A stretch of DNA of 62,163 nucleotides. Origin: a virus. Lineage: Duplodnaviria; Caudoviricetes. The position numbers were made by a program, and so were the translations under genes. This document shows, one piece after another, positions 18,406 to 26,852 of the stretch. A model generated the notes under the pieces. That model saw only the letters and a program-made list of their open reading frames with translations. It ran no database searches and was not told the DNA's origin. How positions within the stretch are numbered: position 1 is the first letter of the stretch; every line of letters begins with the position of its first letter. The DNA lies in the IMG/VR virus record IMGVR_UViG_3300013126_004346, positions 1 through 62,163 of that record. The stretch is one strand, 5' to 3'.

Positions 18406-18419
18406 ACAAGTAGTTACAA
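18398..18419 (-). promoter_or_regulatory. TGTAA-type promoter plus boxA-like element upstream of the ribozyme
   Basis: TTGTAA-N8-AGTTCTTT, the same layout as upstream of the tmRNA. Confidence 0.55.
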
Positions 18420-18463
18420 CTATAGCACCCAAAAGAGAAAAGAATAGTGTATATATAATATAT

Positions 18464-19036
18464 ATGCCAAATTTAAAACCATTTAGAGATTATAGCGAAC
18501 ATTTTGTATTAAATATATTTTCTTGTAATACAGTTGCAACGAAAGGCACTCTTGTTAAACCAGTGAGAAGTTGGAAAGATAATGGTGGCACAGATTCTTC
18601 AACTGCAGGACCATTAAATCTAACATCTACTTCAGTTGGTCAAAAATTTAATTCAACACTAAATAATTTTTTTGATATTAACGCTTCCGTCACTATAACA
18701 GTAAACTATAATGATACGCCAAAACCAATTGGTATACTTTTGAAAGATGTAAAAGAAGAAGACGAAAATGGAAATCTTCTAGTATATAATCCACGAAAAG
18801 TTGCAGAGATGGATGTAGCAGTAAAAGATTATCAGGCAGTACCAATATTAACTAAAGGACTTATACTTGTAAATGATATCGATATTTCTCGTGGAGGAGG
18901 GGATCCAGATCTTGGAGACGCAGCTTATGCTGGAGACAATGGAAAAATTGCAACAAACGGAACGATTTTAATTGGTACATTTTTAAGCCCAAAAGATGAA
19001 AATGGATATTGCTTAGTTAACTTGAATATGGGCTAA
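18464..19036 (+). CDS. putative capsid-associated (decoration/cement-like) protein
   Basis: Likely start ATG 18464 (MPNLKPFRDYSEH), 11 nt after GTGTAT; PIGILLKDV...VPILTKG...GTFLSPKDENGY; the track extension to 18146 is antisense to the ribozyme. Confidence 0.55.
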   Translation: MPNLKPFRDYSEHFVLNIFSCNTVATKGTLVKPVRSWKDNGGTDSSTAGPLNLTSTSVGQKFNSTLNNFFDINASVTITVNYNDTPKPIGILLKDVKEEDENGNLLVYNPRKVAEMDVAVKDYQAVPILTKGLILVNDIDISRGGGDPDLGDAAYAGDNGKIATNGTILIGTFLSPKDENGYCLVNLNMG

Positions 19037-19091
19037 ATTAAAAATTAATATCTAATTACCAAACTGGTAGAAAATTTTATATATGCTTAAT

Positions 19092-19607
19092 TTAAAACCA
19101 AACTTCATTATGTATTATTCTTAATACTTTAATCCAATCTTTAAGATGATCTGATATTTCTTCTTTATTTGAATTTATAAAACCATTTTTAGCAATCCAA
19201 TAATAGATATTCTCTGATGGATAAGATCTTCTTGTTTTTTCTAAGCTTTTATAAAAAAAACCTAAAAATACAAGAACAGATTTTGCCGTCTCCTCATTAT
19301 GTTCAAGATTAAAAGTATATTTATTTTGTAATGGATATTCTATAAGATCATAGAATTTATTTCCTACTGTTTCTGAAATATATTCTTTTTCTTCAAATGA
19401 ATATTTTAAATCTTTGCTGTATTTAATAATTGTAAGCTCTGCGAAAACTGGAAAACTAATATCTACAATCCCATCTATATGATCTTCGGATACTTTATTT
19501 AAAATTTCTGGCAAACAATCTGGATCTTGTAGAAGTAGAAAAGTTTTTTCTTCTGATAATTTTAATTTTTTAGCAAAGAAATCTATATCCCTATCAGAAA
19601 GAGTCAC
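19092..19607 (-). CDS. hypothetical protein
   Basis: 171 aa; GTG start 8 nt after CTGTAA. Confidence 0.7.
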   Translation of the reverse strand: MTLSDRDIDFFAKKLKLSEEKTFLLLQDPDCLPEILNKVSEDHIDGIVDISFPVFAELTIIKYSKDLKYSFEEKEYISETVGNKFYDLIEYPLQNKYTFNLEHNEETAKSVLVFLGFFYKSLEKTRRSYPSENIYYWIAKNGFINSNKEEISDHLKDWIKVLRIIHNEVWF

Positions 19608-19628
19608 ATTAACTATTACAGTTAATTT

Positions 19629-19961
19629 TTATTTTTTATTCATTAAATATTGCTGTATAGTTTCAAAATTACGATCAAGTTTCGCTTCTATTCTATCGAA
19701 ATAAGATTCAAAAGATTCTTTAGTTACATAAGTAGTACTAACTTTGAGGGCTAAATCTGCTATTTCTTGTTGATGTTTCCTGCCCTCTTCTTCAACTTCT
19801 TTTCTTAAAGCTATAAAATCCGTAAAGGTTTTATCATTTATATTTTTTATTAGGTCTTCCTGTCTGTCAAATAATGAAAATACTCTAGTAAATAACCATC
19901 CACCTAAAAAGGTTAATGCTCCTAGGACTATATTAAATAAAGAATTTAAATCAAAATGCAT
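19629..19961 (-). CDS. single-TM coiled-coil protein (holin-like, tentative)
   Basis: N-terminal TM helix, then YVTKESF...RIEAKLD; ATG 8 nt after GTGTAA. Confidence 0.55.
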   Translation of the reverse strand: MHFDLNSLFNIVLGALTFLGGWLFTRVFSLFDRQEDLIKNINDKTFTDFIALRKEVEEEGRKHQQEIADLALKVSTTYVTKESFESYFDRIEAKLDRNFETIQQYLMNKK

Positions 19962-20001
19962 ACATATATTTACACTTATAGATTGGTATTTTTAATTAAA
20001 A

Positions 20002-20202
20002 TTATGGTAAAGTAGCATGACCATCATTTGGTATTTTAGCCAGTTCTATAGCCGCATAATGAGGCGGTAAAAGCCTTCTGTAATGCTCTAGAACATGCTG
20101 ATAATATTTGCATTCAATTTGTCCAGCTAATCTATGGAGTATAGATTCGCATTCTTTAATATTAAGTTGATTGACTTTTTTCTTTTTTTTATTTTCTGTC
20201 AC
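20002..20202 (-). CDS. hypothetical protein
   Basis: 66 aa; GTG 8 nt after GTGTAT. Confidence 0.6.
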   Translation of the reverse strand: MTENKKKKKVNQLNIKECESILHRLAGQIECKYYQHVLEHYRRLLPPHYAAIELAKIPNDGHATLP

Positions 20203-20228
20203 ACCATATAATACACTATTAGATCGTA

Positions 20229-21293
20229 TTATAACTTCATTTCGCTAAAATCATCGTCAGATATATCGGTTTTTCTTGCGCCAATTTTATATGTTGAAAT
20301 TTCTGTTTCTTGTGGCGCTACTTGAACTTTACTACTATCTAAATAACTATCTAGCCAACCAGCGATTGGGTTGTCTTTTTGATTAAAAATTTTCTTATAT
20401 CCTAATGATCGTAAACGAGCATCACAAAGCCATTTTGAATATCCAGCTAGAACTTCAGCATTTAGTCCTAATAGGGATCCTTTACTAAAAAGATATTCTG
20501 CCCATTCAATCTCATTCTTAGCGGCTTGTTCATAAAATGCATAAACTTTATCTTCGCTCTTTTTAACAATAGAAGTAAAGCCTTCTTTATCTTCTTCTCT
20601 AAGAATCTTTATGAGATTTTGAGTAGTTGCAAAATGCAGCGCTTCATCTCTTTGAATAAATTTAATAATCTTAGCGTTACCTTCCATCTTTCCACGATAT
20701 CCAAAATAAAAAGAGCAAGCAAAACTTACATAAAACACAAGACCTTCCATTACGTTGACTGAAAGAATACAATCAAAAATCTTTTGTTTTAGATCTTTTT
20801 TATCATCATTTCCAAGAATTTTATCAAAATTATTTCTGATCAGTTCTGCGCGAGATACAATTTCCTTATCTTCCATAATACTATCAAAAAATTTACTAGC
20901 ATCTGGATGCACGTTATTAAGTAAGTAAGAGTAAGAATAACTATGTATACCCTCAAATCTTTGCCAAGTATTCATGCAAATTTCAAGTTCTGGATTACTC
21001 ACATAATCTTTAAGAGAATGAATGCTTCGAGAAAGCATGCTATCACCTAATGTTTGAAATTTTAAATTAGTATCAAATACAAATCTTTCTTGGCCAGCAA
21101 GATCTTTGTAATCGCCGCGATCTTTATTGAGAGCAATTTCATGTGGCCACCAAAAAAATTCTTCTTGTTTTTTAAAGAGTTCAAAAAAAATAGGATATTT
21201 AAATCGATCATATCTTTGAAGATTTAAATCTTCTCCAAAAAATAATGATTGTTTTGTATGATCTACATTTTTTAAATTTAAAACGCTTTTCAT
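20229..21293 (-). CDS. nrdB: class Ia ribonucleotide reductase beta subunit
   Basis: FFWWPHEI, GDS, EGIHSYSY (radical Tyr), MEGLVFYVSF, RDEALH, VAPQETEI. Confidence 0.96.
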   Translation of the reverse strand: MKSVLNLKNVDHTKQSLFFGEDLNLQRYDRFKYPIFFELFKKQEEFFWWPHEIALNKDRGDYKDLAGQERFVFDTNLKFQTLGDSMLSRSIHSLKDYVSNPELEICMNTWQRFEGIHSYSYSYLLNNVHPDASKFFDSIMEDKEIVSRAELIRNNFDKILGNDDKKDLKQKIFDCILSVNVMEGLVFYVSFACSFYFGYRGKMEGNAKIIKFIQRDEALHFATTQNLIKILREEDKEGFTSIVKKSEDKVYAFYEQAAKNEIEWAEYLFSKGSLLGLNAEVLAGYSKWLCDARLRSLGYKKIFNQKDNPIAGWLDSYLDSSKVQVAPQETEISTYKIGARKTDISDDDFSEMKL

Positions 21294-21901
21294 AAATTAG
21301 TGAATTTTTGTTCTTGCAGATCAAATTTTAGTTGATTATCTTTTACACTAATTAAATTTAATTGATTTTTATATTCTTTATTAATCCATACATCATCAAC
21401 ATGGACTTCACTCAAATTAGCATTTCTATCTGTATAAAGTAACTCATATGCTAGTTCATAACCATTTGAATTTAATATAGATCTAGAAATATCTTTCGTT
21501 TTGTCTTGTCTATATGCATCTACTTCAAAAGTCATAACTTTAAACTTTAAATTATTAGTAGTAAAGTATTCTAGCATTTCTAAAGTAACTTCTGGTGGAT
21601 CTAAATCTAAAGAAAGATAATCAATAACATCAACATTATTAGATTTTAATAAAAACTTATAATTTAATAATCTAGCATCTGCGACATAATAAGCCGTCTT
21701 TGGTCTTTGCGACCATCCTTGTGTCCAAGCAGGATGCATTTCGACTCCTATGCCTTTCCAATTTCTATATTTTTCAAAAAAATAAGTATTATTCCAAGTT
21801 TTATATTCTTGTGCTCCTAGGTCAACGAAAAAACCATTTTCTTGTTGATTTAAGATAATATCTACTATTCTATCTTGACCAATTTGAGATACATATTCCA
21901 T
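21290..21901 (-). CDS. FkbM-family methyltransferase
   Basis: SQIGQD, GFFVDLGA, NNTYFFE..WKGIGVE, IDYLSLD; ATG at 21901. Confidence 0.82.
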   Translation of the reverse strand: MEYVSQIGQDRIVDIILNQQENGFFVDLGAQEYKTWNNTYFFEKYRNWKGIGVEMHPAWTQGWSQRPKTAYYVADARLLNYKFLLKSNNVDVIDYLSLDLDPPEVTLEMLEYFTTNNLKFKVMTFEVDAYRQDKTKDISRSILNSNGYELAYELLYTDRNANLSEVHVDDVWINKEYKNQLNLISVKDNQLKFDLQEQKFTNL

Positions 21902-21908
21902 ATATTTA

Positions 21909-24170
21909 TTATAGCTTACATGCACCAGAAGAGCAATCTTTATTTTCTGTTTGATGCATTAGCTGCTCCTTATCGCCATCATCTGTATTATTATAATATA
22001 AACTTATTAATCCAAGTGAATAAGCATACATTATTTCTTTCATAACTTTTGCATCTGGCAAAATATGATTTTCATAATGACTATAATTATAGTATACATT
22101 AGTTGATATAGCCATGTCAATATATTTTTGTATAATTGCATTAATTTTTAATAATCCAAAATTATCTTTAAAATCATATGCTAATTCATAATTATTTTCA
22201 TATTTGCCAATTCCAGGCACAAGAACAGGCAGCTTGCCCATTTTACTCATTTTGTATGTTATTAAACTTCTTATAGGTTCAACCCCATTAGTAGAAGATT
22301 GAATTACCGAACTACTTTCGCATGGCATACAGGCAGATAGAGTAGAATGTCTTAATCCAAATTCTTTAATATCTTTTCTTAATTTTTCCCAATCAAGTGA
22401 TAATTTGCGCTTGCATATTTCATCAACTTTATCTTTATATGTATCAATTGGTAATATACCTTTAGCGTATTTTGTTCTATCAAATTTATCGCACTTACCT
22501 TTTTCTTTAGCCAATTCTAAACTAGATTTTAATAAATAATATTGAAAATATTCCATCCACTCATCTAGTTCTGGTAATGTTTTATCAGAATTATATTTTA
22601 ATTCATTTTTAGCAAGATAGGCGGCGAGATTAGTTATACCAACTCCAAGACTACGACGTTTTTTTGCAAAATTTTCAGCAGCAATATTAAAATAATCTTG
22701 AAGTTCGATGATTTCATCAAGAAATCTTACGATAAGATCGCAGGTCTTTTCAAGATCTTGCCAATTTTTAATTTCTAACATATTAACTGCCGAAAGTATA
22801 CACATACCAATTTCACCTTCTTTATCATGATAATCGTTTAATGGAATAGTTGGATGAATAACTTCTGTGCAAAGATTACTCATTGTCACTTTATCAAGCC
22901 ATGCCCCATGATTATTCGCGTGATCAACATTTAGTATATATATTCTACCCGTTTCAACTCTTTCTTTAATTATAAGTGAGAATAATTTTCTAGCAGATAC
23001 TTTCTTTTTAATTTTTAATTTTTTAGATTCGCATTCTTTATATACTTTATCAAAGTTTTTTGTCCCCCATGCTTCATATAATTCTGGAACTTCTGCATTA
23101 TTAAATAAAGTTATGTCTTCATCTTTAAGAACTCTATCATAGAACAATTTACTCATGCCAACTGTATAATCAAGTTTACGAACACGATTATCATCTGTGC
23201 CAGCATTATTTTTTAATACAACAATGTCTTCTATTTCATAGTGCCACCATTGAATATTACAAGTAGCGCTTCCTCCCCTTAAACCATTTTGTTGCCAAGC
23301 TTTGACGCTACTCTCATAAATTTTCAAAAAAGGAATTAAACCTGTGTGCACAACTTCACCATTTTTAATAGGAGATCCAAGTGCTCGGATTTTACTAACA
23401 TCTATTCCAATTCCACATCTATTTGCGGTAGCCATACTAACAGCAGTAGCACTTGCAGTAATACTCTCTTTTGTATCATCTACTCCAATAAGACAACAAC
23501 TTGCATAATTTCTACTAGAAGTTCTTACTCCTGCCATTACTGGTGTTGGTAGATTAATCTTATGTTTACTAATAGCATCATAGAATTTACGAACATAATT
23601 TAATCTTGTTCCAGCTGGATAATTTATAAAAGCATAAGCAGCTATTAATATGTAAGCAAATTGAGGTGTTTCGTATATGATACCATTAGTTCTATTTTTA
23701 ATTAAATATTTATCACATAATTGTTTTATTCCAGCGTAAGTAAATATATAATCTCTATCATGATCTATAAATTCTCCAATTTTATTTAGTTCATCTTCGG
23801 TGTATTTTTCTAAAAGAATAGGATCATAAGTTTCATTTTTTATGCCATTTTGTATAAATTCGATAAGCCTTGGAGCATGTTTTCCTTTCCAAACTTCTTT
23901 TCTTAATTGATAATTTAAAAGTCTTCCAGCTACAAATTGATAATTTGGTTTTTGAATAGAGATTAAATTAGCCGCGCTTTCGATTAAAAGTTTATGTATT
24001 TCTTTTGTAGTTATTCCATCGTTAATATTTATTTTGGCATTTATTTCGATATCAGTTAAACTAACATTGCTATAACCATCAATCGCCCAGTTAATAACTT
24101 TATGGATTTTATCTAAATCAAATTTTTCAGACGAACCATTTCTTTTTTTTACATAAAAATTTTTAGTCAT
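21909..24170 (-). CDS. nrdA: class Ia ribonucleotide reductase alpha subunit with ATP cone
   Basis: VKKRNG ATP cone, PTPVMAG, ASCCL, SNLCTE, MPCESSS, C-terminal CSSGACKL. Confidence 0.97.
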   Translation of the reverse strand: MTKNFYVKKRNGSSEKFDLDKIHKVINWAIDGYSNVSLTDIEINAKININDGITTKEIHKLLIESAANLISIQKPNYQFVAGRLLNYQLRKEVWKGKHAPRLIEFIQNGIKNETYDPILLEKYTEDELNKIGEFIDHDRDYIFTYAGIKQLCDKYLIKNRTNGIIYETPQFAYILIAAYAFINYPAGTRLNYVRKFYDAISKHKINLPTPVMAGVRTSSRNYASCCLIGVDDTKESITASATAVSMATANRCGIGIDVSKIRALGSPIKNGEVVHTGLIPFLKIYESSVKAWQQNGLRGGSATCNIQWWHYEIEDIVVLKNNAGTDDNRVRKLDYTVGMSKLFYDRVLKDEDITLFNNAEVPELYEAWGTKNFDKVYKECESKKLKIKKKVSARKLFSLIIKERVETGRIYILNVDHANNHGAWLDKVTMSNLCTEVIHPTIPLNDYHDKEGEIGMCILSAVNMLEIKNWQDLEKTCDLIVRFLDEIIELQDYFNIAAENFAKKRRSLGVGITNLAAYLAKNELKYNSDKTLPELDEWMEYFQYYLLKSSLELAKEKGKCDKFDRTKYAKGILPIDTYKDKVDEICKRKLSLDWEKLRKDIKEFGLRHSTLSACMPCESSSVIQSSTNGVEPIRSLITYKMSKMGKLPVLVPGIGKYENNYELAYDFKDNFGLLKINAIIQKYIDMAISTNVYYNYSHYENHILPDAKVMKEIMYAYSLGLISLYYNNTDDGDKEQLMHQTENKDCSSGACKL

Positions 24171-24279
24171 AATCAAGCAACGTAATGTATCTTACATTAT
24201 TTTTACGAAAGAAAAAAGTAAAAAGAATTATTTTATTAACAAAAAGGAAAAAAGCTATATGAAGTGTATTAAAAAATTA

Positions 24280-24560
24280 CTTCCCAATGAGTTCTCCAAA
24301 GCGGAGCTTTCCCTGTTTTTTAGGGTTATCAAAGCCTATTAGTCAAACTTCCCAATCGAGTCTATAAAGCCTTTCGGCCCCTAGCACTTATCAGACACCG
24401 GTAGAACTGTCATTTGCGCGCTAGCCCTTACACCTACACACCCACTAAATATAGTGGTTTTCTGGGTCGCAAGCTCCGTTAGCGTTGCCCACGTATCGAC
24501 TAATAAGACTTATCGTTTTTCGGAGTACGACAAACCTTATCCGCTAATTGGGCGGTATGT
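24280..24560 (-). ncRNA. unassigned structured RNA of about 280 nt in the nrdA upstream region
   Basis: GC-rich non-coding island; 14-bp hairpin 24540-24503 with G-U pairs; GCC-GAAA-GGC; CCACUA/UAGUGG; long-range complementarities; own promoter. Confidence 0.7.
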
Positions 24561-24566
24561 TAGTAT

Positions 24567-24595
24567 ATAGTAATATTTTTCTATTTAAATGTCAA
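24567..24595 (-). promoter_or_regulatory. sigma70-type promoter for the structured RNA
   Basis: TTGACA-17 bp-TACTAT; predicted start near 24560. Confidence 0.65.
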
Positions 24596-24602
24596 ATAAA
24601 AA

Positions 24603-24626
24603 GTGTAATAATAATAAAATAAGGAG
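24603..24626 (+). promoter_or_regulatory. GTGTAA promoter motif plus Shine-Dalgarno site
   Basis: GTGTAA at 24603 and AAGGAG before ATG 24632. Confidence 0.55.
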
Positions 24627-24631
24627 CTTTC

Positions 24632-24922
24632 ATGCAAGAAAAATTCAATATTACAAAAAATGATATTAAAAATGGCGAAAAAACAATACCATCTAATTGC
24701 GCTATAGCCAAAGCAATAAAAAGAGAAATGAAAACAAAAAATATAAAACTAGGAAATGTTTCTGTACTTCCAGACGATGTTTCTTTTTCTATATTTAATG
24801 AAAATACAAAAAGATTTAAAACATATAATGCTCGCATGCCTTTATATGGTAAAGAATTTATAAAAGCTTTTGACTCTGGTTTAAGAGTTAAACCATTCGA
24901 ATTAGAATTAAATTTTAAATAA
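24632..24922 (+). CDS. hypothetical protein
   Basis: 96 aa; SD site; ITKNDIKNG...CAIAKAI. Confidence 0.7.
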   Translation: MQEKFNITKNDIKNGEKTIPSNCAIAKAIKREMKTKNIKLGNVSVLPDDVSFSIFNENTKRFKTYNARMPLYGKEFIKAFDSGLRVKPFELELNFK

Positions 24923-24931
24923 TAAAAATTT

Positions 24932-25741
24932 ATGAAGCGTCAAATTGAAATTGATATTACTGAAGGTGCATCAAAAAAAGGTAAAGCTCCTTTAAACAAA
25001 CCCTTTAGGCTACCAAAAGGAAATAAAAAGAAATTTGGCGTTTATGTAAAAAATCAAAAAGGCAACATCATAATGGTTAAATTTGGTGACCCAAATATGT
25101 CTATTAAAAGAGATAATCCAGCCAGAAGGAAAGCGTATAGATCAAGACATGGTTGCGATAATCCAGGTCCTAAATGGAAAGCAAATTATTGGAGTTGTAA
25201 AATGTGGAGCGCTAAACCAGTAAGTAAAATAACTGGATCTTGCGGAAAACCAAATTGTGGTTCTGTTCAAAATTTAGAAGATGAAGTTACGCTTGAAGTT
25301 GATGTTCAAGCTAAAGGAAAGGGTCTTTGGTACAATATTCAACAAAAAAAGAAAAGAATGGGCAAAAATTATCGTCCAGCACAAGAAGGATCTAAAGATA
25401 GACCAAGTCAAGAGGCTCTTAAAAAAGCTCAAGGATCTGATTACGAAAATGAAACTTATGAATGGGATGGCGAAACAGAATTTGACCAAAATGAACTTTT
25501 AAAAATGGACGCTTCATTAGCTCAAGTTGAAGAAGTAGAAGATGTTGAAGATGAACTAGAAGATTATGAAGAAGAAGAAAACTGCAGTAATTGTGAAAAT
25601 GAAGAATATAAAAAAATGACGGTTACAGAAGGGCAAAAACTTAACGAATTTTTAAAACAATGTATTCCTACAAAGCAGGGCGACGATAAGAATAAGTTTA
25701 AATCTTGCTTACAGGACTATAAAAATAAAAATAAAAAATAA
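24932..25741 (+). CDS. multi-module basic/acidic phage protein
   Basis: VKFGDPNMSIKRDNPARRKAYRSRHGC...ANYWSC module, GLWYNIQQKKKR module, acidic linker. Confidence 0.75.
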   Translation: MKRQIEIDITEGASKKGKAPLNKPFRLPKGNKKKFGVYVKNQKGNIIMVKFGDPNMSIKRDNPARRKAYRSRHGCDNPGPKWKANYWSCKMWSAKPVSKITGSCGKPNCGSVQNLEDEVTLEVDVQAKGKGLWYNIQQKKKRMGKNYRPAQEGSKDRPSQEALKKAQGSDYENETYEWDGETEFDQNELLKMDASLAQVEEVEDVEDELEDYEEEENCSNCENEEYKKMTVTEGQKLNEFLKQCIPTKQGDDKNKFKSCLQDYKNKNKK

Positions 25742-25779
25742 ATTGAACATAATCTCTATAGTGTAATCTATAGCAGATA

Positions 25780-26313
25780 GTGAATAAGCTTAAAAATTTA
25801 TTCAGTTGGTTTGGATGGAAAAGTAAACTAACATTAGTACTTTTAATAAATGGGGCGATAGCTTATTATTCATTAAATATAGGATTTAATTTAGCAAAAA
25901 ATCATAGTATATCCAAACTTCCAAACTCTTGCTTTGTTGATTCTGTTGCGTTTGCTTCTAATGCTAATTATATACTATCTCAAGAAAATACATGGGCTCA
26001 AATCTTTGCTTTTCAATTTCATTATACAGACGAATTAGATAACATAAAAGTCATTTTTGATAAAACCTTAATAGAGTATGTGGTATCTATACCAAAACAC
26101 AGAGGGCATGCAATATGTGTTTTTGAGCACAAGGGAATGCTTTGGGTTTATGATAGTAACTATGGCACAATGCCAGTTGGAGTTGCTGGTAATAGAGCAG
26201 AGTATCAAATTAGAGTAACCAAATGGATAGAAGAAAAATATAAAGCTATAGTTTTTAATAGTATTTTAATAGACGATGACGCAGAGAGAACTAAAGCATG
26301 GATAAAAGAATAA
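25780..26313 (+). CDS. membrane-anchored protein with a putative papain/transglutaminase-like triad
   Basis: N-terminal TM; NSCF (Cys), GHAICVF (His), WVYD (Asp). Confidence 0.55.
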   Translation: MNKLKNLFSWFGWKSKLTLVLLINGAIAYYSLNIGFNLAKNHSISKLPNSCFVDSVAFASNANYILSQENTWAQIFAFQFHYTDELDNIKVIFDKTLIEYVVSIPKHRGHAICVFEHKGMLWVYDSNYGTMPVGVAGNRAEYQIRVTKWIEEKYKAIVFNSILIDDDAERTKAWIKE

Positions 26314-26483
26314 CTAAATTAATTAGAGATGTTAAATTAATAGCACCATCTTGTAATAATACTGAACAATTTATAGCTGAATTTTGGAAATATCATAAAA
26401 GAAAAAATAAGAAAAGAAACATTCTCTGGTTCTCGGTCTTGGCTGTAATCTTCTTCATATGTTGGATCTTATCAAAAAATTAA
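26298..26483 (+). CDS. small membrane protein
   Basis: C-terminal TM helix. Confidence 0.55.
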   Translation: MDKRITKLIRDVKLIAPSCNNTEQFIAEFWKYHKRKNKKRNILWFSVLAVIFFICWILSKN

Positions 26484-26734
26484 AGGATTGGTGGAATAAA
26501 CTTGAACATTACGAGAAGTTCTTTTTTATTGTTTTTATTCCAGCTATTTTGTTTACAATTTACGGAATCAGCGATCTTTACATTAATCATTTTGATCTTC
26601 TTTCTAAAGATCACCATATGGGATTTTTTCTTAGGTTCTTTTTTCCGATCTCTTTAGCTCTTTTAGTTACCAGCTTAGAGCGCAGAAGAAGAAATAAGCT
26701 AGTTAAAAATATTAAAGATTATTTAGATAAATAA
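26459..26734 (+). CDS. two-TM membrane protein
   Basis: Two hydrophobic helices and a basic tail. Confidence 0.6.
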   Translation: MLDLIKKLKDWWNKLEHYEKFFFIVFIPAILFTIYGISDLYINHFDLLSKDHHMGFFLRFFFPISLALLVTSLERRRRNKLVKNIKDYLDK

Positions 26735-26809
26735 TTATTTAATCCTAGCCTCTAAATAGAATATATATATTAACACAGCGGCACAAATTAATATACTAGC
26801 AGTAGTCAT
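26735..26809 (-). CDS. 24-aa hydrophobic micropeptide (MTTASILICAAVLIYIFYLEARIK)
   Basis: ATG exactly 8 nt after GTGTAA (26823-26818); stop abuts the convergent gene. Confidence 0.5.
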   Translation of the reverse strand: MTTASILICAAVLIYIFYLEARIK

Positions 26810-26852
26810 ATTTTGAATTACACCATATAAGAAACCTGTGTAATATAAATAT

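Noticed and set aside
18146-18463. N-terminal extension of the 296-aa track ORF
   Set aside because: It is antisense to the group I core; ATG 18464 after the GTGTAT motif is the more plausible start.
24280-24560. Cobalamin riboswitch, RNase P RNA or a second group I intron
   Set aside because: GGGAAG is present, but the B12-box/GCCACUG context, the RNase P GAGGAAAGUCC and the group I P7 elements were not found.
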